A DNA stretch of 64,000 nucleotides from an uncultured Acidobacteriota bacterium (lineage in GTDB: Bacteria; Acidobacteriota; Thermoanaerobaculia; UBA5066; Gp7-AA6). The notes below the pieces were generated by a model. The model was not told where the DNA came from and made no database searches. It worked only from the letters and a program-made list of their open reading frames with translations. Position 1 is the first letter of the stretch; each line of letters begins with the position of its first letter. The DNA lies in NCBI GenBank assembly GCA_963764715.1, contig CAVXTP010000022.1, positions 512,001-576,000 of the forward strand. The letters run 5' to 3'. Below, one piece after another: positions 46,424-53,441 of the stretch. The translations under genes were made by a program, and so were the position numbers.

Positions 46424-47529
46424 GAAACCTCCTCGGCGTCGGGTACGAGGACGACGCGGCGTTCGACCCGATGCGCCCGAACGTCCTCGAGGACCTCGGC
46501 GATCCTCGAGAGCGGCCGCAGCTCGGCGTGCGAAGCGACCTCGATCCGTCCCGCGAGCACCTTTTCCAGGATCTCGGGATAGAGCCCGGGCGCGCAGCCC
46601 CAGTTCCCCAGCGCCCGCGCGTCGAAGGCCATGAGGTTCGAGAGCCGCACCGCGACGGTCTCGAGCGTGAAGCCGACGACCATGAGCGTCGCGCCGTGGA
46701 CGAGGAGGCCGAAGGCCGTCTGCTGGCCCGCGGGCGTGCCCGAGCATTCGAGGATCGTCCAGCCCGTCGCCGGCGCGCCCTTCTCGCGGGCGAAGGCAGC
46801 GAGCCGGCCCCGGAGCTCCTTCGCCGGCAATTCGCGGGGGTCGAGCGCGAGGCCCACGCCGATCTTCGAAGCCGCGTCCCTCCGGCGAGCGTCGACGTCG
46901 AGGCCGACCACCGCCGCGCCCCGCTCGGCCGCGACCTCCGCGGCGAAGGTCCCGACGCCGCCCAGCCCGACGACGACGGCGAGCTCCCCGAAGCGAACGC
47001 CGGACCGCTCGACCGCCTGGTAGGCCGTCGAGACCGCGTCGGCCACGACGGCGAGGTGCCGGAGCGTCAGTCCCGGCGCGTCACCCAGCGGAGCATCCGG
47101 ATCCTGCCCCGCGCCCGGCACCGGGCACAGGAAGCGTCCCGGCAGCACGACGCGGTCGGCGAAGCCCCCATCCCGGTCGTTGCCCGGCATGATCTGGGAC
47201 GCGCAGATGGTCGATCGTCCCGCGCGGCAGAGCGCGCACTCGCCGCAGGGCAGCACCGCCGGAACGACGACCGCGCGGCCGACGAGCTCCCGCTGGCGGC
47301 TTCCCGCGTCCTCGACGTAACCGCTGATCTCGTGGCCCAGGATCAGCGGCAGCGGATGGCGCGTGCGCACGCCGTCGTTCAGGAAGCCGAGGTCCGTGTG
47401 GCAGACGCCGCACCCGGCGACCCGGATCAGGACGTCTTCCGCGTCCAGCGTCCCGACCTCGCGGCGAGCGGGAGCGAGGGCTCCCGCCGTCCCGGCGAAC
47501 TCGTACCCCCGGATCGTCGTCACGCTCAC
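46420..47529 (-). CDS. had: 6-hydroxycyclohex-1-ene-1-carbonyl-CoA dehydrogenase (Zn-ADH)
   Basis: GCGVCHTDLG, LGHEISG, PAVLPCGECALC, MPGND.DGGFA and RLSNLMAFDA...GNWGC motifs. Confidence 0.92.
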   Translation of the reverse strand: MSVTTIRGYEFAGTAGALAPARREVGTLDAEDVLIRVAGCGVCHTDLGFLNDGVRTRHPLPLILGHEISGYVEDAGSRQRELVGRAVVVPAVLPCGECALCRAGRSTICASQIMPGNDRDGGFADRVVLPGRFLCPVPGAGQDPDAPLGDAPGLTLRHLAVVADAVSTAYQAVERSGVRFGELAVVVGLGGVGTFAAEVAAERGAAVVGLDVDARRRDAASKIGVGLALDPRELPAKELRGRLAAFAREKGAPATGWTILECSGTPAGQQTAFGLLVHGATLMVVGFTLETVAVRLSNLMAFDARALGNWGCAPGLYPEILEKVLAGRIEVASHAELRPLSRIAEVLEDVRAHRVERRVVLVPDAEEVS

Positions 47530-48272
47530 GCCCCCAGCGCCTGTCCGCCGTCGACGGCGAGGGCCTGGCCCGTGATGTGCGCGGCGCCGGGCCCGGCGAG
47601 AAACGCGACGGCCTCCGCGATCTCCTCCGGCCGCGCCGCGCGGCCGAGCAGCGTCTCGGCGAGGGCCTTGCGGCGGACCTCGTCGGAGAGCGCCGCGGTC
47701 ATCGGCGTGTCGGTGAAGCCCGGCTCCACCACGTTGACCGTGACGCCGCTCGCGGCGAGCTCCCGGGCCGCCGAGCGCGCGAGGCCCAGGAGGCCGGCCT
47801 TGGCTGCGGCGTAATTGGCCTGGCCGAATTTGCCGCGCCGCCCGTTGATCGAGGAGATGATGACGACGCGACCCGACGGGCTCCGGCGGAGCGCCGACGC
47901 CGCGGCGCGCAGGTAGTTCGCCGCGCCCGAGAGATCCACCGCGATGACCCGATCCCACGCCTCGTCGCTCATCTTCCAGAGGACGCCGTCACGGCAGATC
48001 CCGGCGGCGAGCACCAGGAGGTCCAGCGCCTTGCGACGCTCGAGGACGTCGCCGACCGTCCGGCGCGCGGCCTCCGCGTCCGCCACGTCCGCCGCGTAGA
48101 GGTTTGCCTTGCCGAACGCGCGGGCGAGACCGCCGAGGCGCCGCGCATCGGCGTCGACGATCGCGACGGCGGCTCCCGCGGCCTTCAGCCGCCGGGCGCA
48201 GGCGAGACCGATGCCGCTCGCGCCGCCGGTCACGAGCGCGACCCGACCGGCGAGCTCGCGACGGGGGCTCAC
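47526..48272 (-). CDS. SDR oxidoreductase (FabG/PhaB-like)
   Basis: TGGASGIG, RDGVLWKM and GKFGQANYAAAK motifs; translationally coupled between oah and had. Confidence 0.85.
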   Translation of the reverse strand: MSPRRELAGRVALVTGGASGIGLACARRLKAAGAAVAIVDADARRLGGLARAFGKANLYAADVADAEAARRTVGDVLERRKALDLLVLAAGICRDGVLWKMSDEAWDRVIAVDLSGAANYLRAAASALRRSPSGRVVIISSINGRRGKFGQANYAAAKAGLLGLARSAARELAASGVTVNVVEPGFTDTPMTAALSDEVRRKALAETLLGRAARPEEIAEAVAFLAGPGAAHITGQALAVDGGQALGA

Positions 48273-49318
48273 TCGAGCTTGCCTCCGCACGCACCGCAGT
48301 GGGCGAAGGTCGCCGGCAGCCCTTCCGCGCCGCAGCTCCGGCAGGCCCGCACGTGCGCTCCCCACGGCGTCTCGGGGGACCCGCCCGGCTCGACGGCGCG
48401 GCGCCGGACTGCGGCGAAGTCGACCGGCCGCTTGTGGGCGAACGCGCTCATGCCCTCGAAGGGCTCGTAGTCGGTGTAATGGAGGGCCAGCCAGTCCTGC
48501 GCGTGGCGCACCGTGAGAGCCCAGGAGAAGTCCTTCCAGAAGTTGACCTGCTGCTTGGTGTAGCGAACGCACTCGGGAAACGTCCGGAGGAGCTCCGCCG
48601 CCAGGCGGCCGACTTCCTCGTCGAGGGGCGCGAGGTCGATCGAGTACCCGTCCGCTCGCTTCTGCGCCTTTTCGATCTCCTCGGGCGAGGCGATGGCCAC
48701 GAGCTCCCCGCCCCGGCGCACCGACGGCGCGACCCGGTTGACGAGCCCCCATTCGAGCGCCAGGCGCGCGGGAATCGGGCGGTTGGTGAAGAGCATCTCG
48801 CGGGCGCGCTTGTCGCCGACCGTGATCGGCAGCCACTGCGTGGCGCCGCCGCAGGCGACCGATCCGACGCGGACGCCGACCTGGCCGACGTAGGCGTGCT
48901 CGGCGATCACCGCGAGGTCGCAGGCGAGGACCGTCTCGTTTCCGCCGCCGACCGCCACCCCGTTGATCCGCGCAATCACGGGCTTCCCGGTCGAGAGGAT
49001 CGCGTCGATGTAGGCGCGGAAGAGCGCCATGTACTTCCAGTAGTCCCGGGGCGCCCCGATGTAGGTCTCGGCGTACTCCTTGACGTCGCCGCCCGTGCAG
49101 AAGGCGCGGTCCCCCGCGCCCGTCAGGACGATGACGCCGACCGCGTCGTCGAAGGTGGCCTCGCGCAGCCCCGCTGCGAGCTCCTCGAGGCAGGAGGTCG
49201 AGTAGGCGTTGTACCGGCCGGGACGGTTGATGGTGATCCGGGCGACACCGTCCTTCTTCTCGTAGAGGATCTCCTTGAAGGACAGGGAGGAGACCTCGCG
49301 AGGCGGGAAGGCGCGCAT
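48269..49318 (-). CDS. oah: 6-oxocyclohex-1-ene-1-carbonyl-CoA hydrolase (Oah/BamA)
   Basis: YNAYST, AFCTGGDVKEYAE.Y, GGATQWLP and FPEC.RYTK motifs; C-terminal CxxC...CxxC. Confidence 0.88.
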   Translation of the reverse strand: MRAFPPREVSSLSFKEILYEKKDGVARITINRPGRYNAYSTSCLEELAAGLREATFDDAVGVIVLTGAGDRAFCTGGDVKEYAETYIGAPRDYWKYMALFRAYIDAILSTGKPVIARINGVAVGGGNETVLACDLAVIAEHAYVGQVGVRVGSVACGGATQWLPITVGDKRAREMLFTNRPIPARLALEWGLVNRVAPSVRRGGELVAIASPEEIEKAQKRADGYSIDLAPLDEEVGRLAAELLRTFPECVRYTKQQVNFWKDFSWALTVRHAQDWLALHYTDYEPFEGMSAFAHKRPVDFAAVRRRAVEPGGSPETPWGAHVRACRSCGAEGLPATFAHCGACGGKLE

Positions 49319-49354
49319 CAGTCTGCAGTCTCGTACGGGGTCCGGCGGGTGCGC

Positions 49355-49368
49355 ATGATCTGCGTCAT
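49355..49368. promoter_or_regulatory. Crp/Fnr-type box ATGATCTGCGTCAT (benzoyl-CoA operon promoter)
   Basis: Centred 43.5 nt upstream of the oah ATG; GAGACT -10-like element at 49327-49332 (minus strand). Confidence 0.72.
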
Positions 49369-49487
49369 GGCACAAAGGATCCACTCGAGCGCCCACCCAC
49401 CGAATGATTGGTTTGCATCAGATCGGGAGATTCCTGATCCCGGGCAAGCGCCGGTGTCGGCCCCTCGGCCGGGGGCCCGGAGGTGCT

Positions 49488-50243
49488 TCAGTCCTGGAGG
49501 CGCGCGGCGATGCCTTCGAGGAGGGACAGCGAGTCGTAGTGGGTCAGGTCGAGGTGGAGCGGCGTGACGGAGATGTAGTTCTCCTCGACCGCCGAGAGGT
49601 CCGTGCCTTGCTCGAGCTCCCCGGCCGGCGGCGTCGAGCCGATCCAGTAGTAGGGCCGGCCCCGGGGGTCGATCTTCTCGATCACGGCCTCACCGTACCG
49701 GCGCCTTCCCTGGCGACCGACCCGCACCCCGCGGGGCGCCTCGGCGGGGACGTTCACGTTGATCAGCGTTCCCGGCGTCAGCGGCTGCTCGAGAAGGAGC
49801 CGGGCGAGCCTCGCCGCGAATGCCGCGGCGGCGTCGAACGTGAAGCCCGTCTCGATCTCCTGCGAGATCGCGACCGACGGGATCCCGATGAGCGTCCCCT
49901 CGAAGGCCGCCGACACGGTGCCGGAGTAGGTGACGTCGTCCCCGAGATTCAGCCCCAGGTTGATCCCCGAAAAGAGAAGCTTCGGCCGCTCGTCGCGGAG
50001 CAGGTGCAGCACGCCCCAGTTGACGCAGTCGGTCGGCGTCCCGTCGACCGACCAACGCTGCGGCCCGATCAGCTTGGCCCGGAGCGGATGATGGAGCGTC
50101 AGGGAGTGCCCCGCGGCGCTGCGCTCCTGGTCCGGCGCCACCGTGAAGACGTCGCCGACCTCGGAGAGGGCCGCCGCCAGCCGCTCGATGCCCTCGGAGA
50201 AGACGCCGTCGTCGTTGGTGACGATGATCCGCGGCCGGCTCAT
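49488..50243 (-). CDS. surE: 5'/3'-nucleotidase SurE
   Basis: TNDDG, GTPTDCV, SGIN.G.N.G.DV.YSGTV and SVTPL motifs. Confidence 0.96.
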   Translation of the reverse strand: MSRPRIIVTNDDGVFSEGIERLAAALSEVGDVFTVAPDQERSAAGHSLTLHHPLRAKLIGPQRWSVDGTPTDCVNWGVLHLLRDERPKLLFSGINLGLNLGDDVTYSGTVSAAFEGTLIGIPSVAISQEIETGFTFDAAAAFAARLARLLLEQPLTPGTLINVNVPAEAPRGVRVGRQGRRRYGEAVIEKIDPRGRPYYWIGSTPPAGELEQGTDLSAVEENYISVTPLHLDLTHYDSLSLLEGIAARLQD

Positions 50244-50461
50244 GCGGCCGGCGGGGGCGCCGCGTCCGGCGGCGGCATCACGAACATCAGGATGATGTAG
50301 GCGAGGATGCCGGGAAACGCGACAGACACGACCGAGATCAGGACGTAGGCCACGCGCACCACGGTCGGATCGAGGCCGAAGTACTCCGCGAGCCCCCCGC
50401 AGACCCCCGCGATCATCTTGTGCCGGCTCGACCGCGTCAGGCGCCGCTCGGGGTTCGTCAT
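50240..50461 (-). CDS. pspC: PspC domain protein
   Basis: LTRS...KMIAGVCGGLAEYFGLDPTVVR. Confidence 0.9.
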   Translation of the reverse strand: MTNPERRLTRSSRHKMIAGVCGGLAEYFGLDPTVVRVAYVLISVVSVAFPGILAYIILMFVMPPPDAAPPPAA

Positions 50462-50874
50462 GGTTCTTCTCCTTCGTAGACCACGCGGTTGCGCTCCGTC
50501 TCCTGCAGCGTCACCCGCACCAGCCTCGCCGGCGCGACCTTCCCGGCGAGCTGCCGCCAGATCCCGACGGCGATGTTCTCGGCCGTAGGATTCACCCCTG
50601 CCAGGAAGTCGACGTCGTAGTTGAGGTGCCGCCGGTCGAGCCGCCGGATCACCGTCTCCTCGACGGCGTGCTTCAGGTGCCCGAAGTCCATCACGTAGCC
50701 CGTCTCCGGGTCGATCTCGCCCTCGACGGTGACCTCGAGCCCGTAGGTATGCCCGTGGCCGTTGGGGTTGTTGCACTTGTCGAAGACGCGCTGGTTGGTC
50801 GCCTCGTCCCAGTCGGAGCGATGAAGCCGGTGCGCGGCCGAGAAATGGGAGCTCGAGAGCAGCCGCACCTTCAT
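50458..50874 (-). CDS. queD: 6-carboxy/6-pyruvoyl-tetrahydropterin synthase
   Basis: FSAAHRL, CNNPNGHGHTY, PTAENIA and LQET motifs. Confidence 0.9.
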   Translation of the reverse strand: MKVRLLSSSHFSAAHRLHRSDWDEATNQRVFDKCNNPNGHGHTYGLEVTVEGEIDPETGYVMDFGHLKHAVEETVIRRLDRRHLNYDVDFLAGVNPTAENIAVGIWRQLAGKVAPARLVRVTLQETERNRVVYEGEEP

Positions 50875-50902
50875 CGACGCGATTCTAGCGCGCCGCCCCG
50901 TG

Positions 50903-50931
50903 TTGACAGGCTGCGTGGACCCTGCTCAAAT
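50903..50931 (+). promoter_or_regulatory. Putative sigma70 promoter of tRNA-Pro
   Basis: TTGACA-N17-TCAAAT with an extended TG, 12 nt before the tRNA. Confidence 0.55.
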
Positions 50932-50943
50932 GCGGCTCCCGGT

Positions 50944-51020
50944 CGGGATGTGGCGCAGTCTGGTAGCGTACCTGAATGGGGTTCAGGGGGTCCCGGGTTC
51001 GAATCCCGGCATCCCGACCA
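50944..51020 (+). tRNA. tRNA-Pro (anticodon GGG)
   Basis: CGGGATGTGGCGCAGTCTGGTAGCGTACCTGAATGGGGTTCAGGGGGTCCCGGGTTCGAATCCCGGCATCCCGACCA folds as a cloverleaf with CCA. Confidence 0.96.
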
Positions 51021-51043
51021 AATAGAACCCTGCGACTCCGAAT

Positions 51044-51214
51044 CTACCTGCCGTCAGGCGTCTCGCTTCGGCTTCTCCGATCCTTCATCGTCGACTTGCA
51101 GCGCTCGCAGACGAAGAATTGATCCGTGGACCCCGCCGGACCCGGCACCGGTCCCTTCATGAAGATCTTGCGGCCTGGAGACTGGGTACAGTTCGGGCAG
51201 AGGGGGCTGCCCAC
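51044..51214 (-). CDS. Possible small zinc-ribbon protein
   Basis: CPNC...CERC pair in a short ORF; start uncertain (the track gives 51343). Confidence 0.35.
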   Translation of the reverse strand: MGSPLCPNCTQSPGRKIFMKGPVPGPAGSTDQFFVCERCKSTMKDRRSRSETPDGR

Positions 51215-51387
51215 ATCCAGGAAGCGCGGCGAGCGGGGATTGTCGATGGAGCCGAAGCATATGGTGTCATCTGATTCCTCGGGCAAGAATTGCGGCTTCC
51301 ACGGAAGTCGGGGATGGATGATCAACTCGCCCCCGATTCGCACTCCGGTGCGTTAACCGACTGAAAGGCCTCGGGGGGGTGCCACTC

Positions 51388-51401
51388 TTCGAATCCCGGC
51401 A
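51388..51401 (+). repeat. 14-bp direct repeat of the tRNA-Pro T-arm (att-like)
   Basis: TTCGAATCCCGGCA is identical to 50998-51011. Confidence 0.55.
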
Positions 51402-51483
51402 CGGAAGGCACCCCGAGAGGGCGTTCGATTCGGTCCGACGATCCCTCTGTAGTATCCGTAAGCAGGCCGGGGGGTGACTCGCC

Positions 51484-52116
51484 ATGCGCTACCCACGAGT
51501 CCTGGGTCTACTCTTGTTCCTGGGGTCGTCCGGGCTGGCGGTTGCGCAGAGTGCCGACAAGTCGTTCGAGGTTTCGCCCTTCGTCGGCTACCTCTTCGGC
51601 GGCGACGTCTGGGAGCGTGCCCCCGACCTGCCGAGCCTCTCGGTCGATGATCACGTCGACTACGGAATCCGTGTCGGCTTCCGCGCGACATCCCACTGGG
51701 TCCTCGAGATGCAATGGACCCGGGTTCCAACCGAATTGAGCCTCGGCTTTTCCTTGCCGCAGACCCATCCGGTCAACATGGATTACCTGATCGCCGGCGT
51801 CGCTTACGAGCTCACGGGAGGATCCCTGCGGCCGTACGTCCTGCTCGGCGTCGGAGCGGCGTTCTTCGACCCGAAAGAGGTGCCGAGCGAGACCCGCTTC
51901 ACGGGCAGCCTGGCTCTGGGACTCAAGGCATTCTTCACGCCCGCTTTGGGGCTGCGCGTCGAGGCGCGAGGCTATGCCTCGAGTCTGGACGATACGCCGC
52001 TTGGATTCCCGTGCACGACCTTCGACGGCAGCGGCGGCCCTGTCGTGCCTCGGTCCTGCGCAAAGTCATGGCTCTTCAACGGAGACCTGACCGGGGGCCT
52101 GATCGTCGCGTTCTAG
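51484..52116 (+). CDS. Outer-membrane beta-barrel protein (8-strand type)
   Basis: Signal peptide, alternating beta-strands, RPYVLLGVG and a C-terminal Phe. Confidence 0.78.
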   Translation: MRYPRVLGLLLFLGSSGLAVAQSADKSFEVSPFVGYLFGGDVWERAPDLPSLSVDDHVDYGIRVGFRATSHWVLEMQWTRVPTELSLGFSLPQTHPVNMDYLIAGVAYELTGGSLRPYVLLGVGAAFFDPKEVPSETRFTGSLALGLKAFFTPALGLRVEARGYASSLDDTPLGFPCTTFDGSGGPVVPRSCAKSWLFNGDLTGGLIVAF

Positions 52117-52243
52117 GCCGACGCAACCGAGCGCCCCGCCCGACCGCGTGGCCGGTCGGCGTTTCATGCCGCCGGGGCCGCGCCAATGTAGCGACTGCCG
52201 CCGGCCCCGGACCGTCTCTCACGGAATGTTTAGGAGTGGGCCG

Positions 52244-53302
52244 TCACCCGCTGGCTCGAGATCGTGAGGTGCGCGGGGCGCGCCGAACCGGAGCGCCCGG
52301 TCCCGCCGCCCGGGCTGCATCCCGGGGAGACCCGCCCCACTGTCGGCTCCAGGCACGTCGCAGTTGCAGGTCCGAGCCGAAGCCGGCCTCCGCGGCGGCG
52401 CGCGTGACCGTCGCTCCGTATTCCAGCGCCTGGCGGGCGCGCTCGAGCCGGATCAAGCGGAGGTAGTGCAGCGGCGAGATGCCGGCGTGATCGATGAAGA
52501 GCCGCAACAGATGGCGCTCCGCGGCGTGGCCGATCTGGGCCAGCGACGCCATGTCCCAGTCGCGCTGCGGGTCGGTGACGATCGCGTTCTGAACCCGGTG
52601 CACGGTGGGGTGCAGGTGGCGTCGGTGCATGTGGAAGGGCGACGACTCGGTGTCGCGCGGGGACCGCCGCAGGTAGACGACCATGTCCTCGGCGACGCTC
52701 GCCGCCAAAGCCTCGCCGCACTCCTCCGCGATGAGGTGGAGCGCGACGTCGATCCCCGCCGTGATGCCGGCGCTGGACGCGAGCGGACCGTCCACCACGA
52801 AGACGCGATTGTCGATGACCTCGGCCTGCGGCGCCAGGGCGCGCAGCATGGGCAGGAGCTCGTGGTGCGTGGTGCAGCGGCGCGTCGAGAGGACCCCCGC
52901 CCGCGCGGCCAGCAGGGTGCCCGAGCAGATCGTCAGCAGGCGGTGCGGCGTGTTCGCGTCGAGAAGCGCATCGCGCAGCCGATCGTTCAGCCACCGGGCG
53001 GTGACCGCGATGTCCGGCGTGACCTTGGTCATGTGAGGGGTCGGTTGACCGACCACCACGACCCAGGTCGGCGTGCGGAGCTGGTCCGGCAACGGGGCGA
53101 GGTCGCCGAGCGCCAGTCCCACCGACGTCGGCACGATGGCGGCCGGCCCCGCGAAGCGCTGACGAAAGCGCGGCGGGAGTCCGAGACGCTCGCGGTGCTG
53201 GTTGGCGAGACGAAACGCTTCCGCCGGACCGGCGATGTCGAGCAGCAACGAGTGCCGCACGATGACGAAGAGCACGTCGATGGGCTGGGCGCGCGTGATC
53301 AT
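52244..53302 (-). CDS. GlxA-family AraC regulator (DJ-1/PfpI + HTH)
   Basis: LLDIAGPAEAF, ICSG, SSAGITAGID, ERHLLRLF and AGFGS motifs. Confidence 0.9.
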   Translation of the reverse strand: MITRAQPIDVLFVIVRHSLLLDIAGPAEAFRLANQHRERLGLPPRFRQRFAGPAAIVPTSVGLALGDLAPLPDQLRTPTWVVVVGQPTPHMTKVTPDIAVTARWLNDRLRDALLDANTPHRLLTICSGTLLAARAGVLSTRRCTTHHELLPMLRALAPQAEVIDNRVFVVDGPLASSAGITAGIDVALHLIAEECGEALAASVAEDMVVYLRRSPRDTESSPFHMHRRHLHPTVHRVQNAIVTDPQRDWDMASLAQIGHAAERHLLRLFIDHAGISPLHYLRLIRLERARQALEYGATVTRAAAEAGFGSDLQLRRAWSRQWGGSPRDAARAAGPGAPVRRAPRTSRSRASG

Positions 53303-53441
53303 GGCCGAGAGACGAGCGAATCACAGCATACATCGGACGGAACCGGCCGCCGGGTCCACCAGCCGATGTCCGAAAGTGATTCAAAGTTGTCGGCCTTGCG
53401 CCGCGACAGGACTTCGGCCCCCCGGTATGTTCGCCGTCGTC

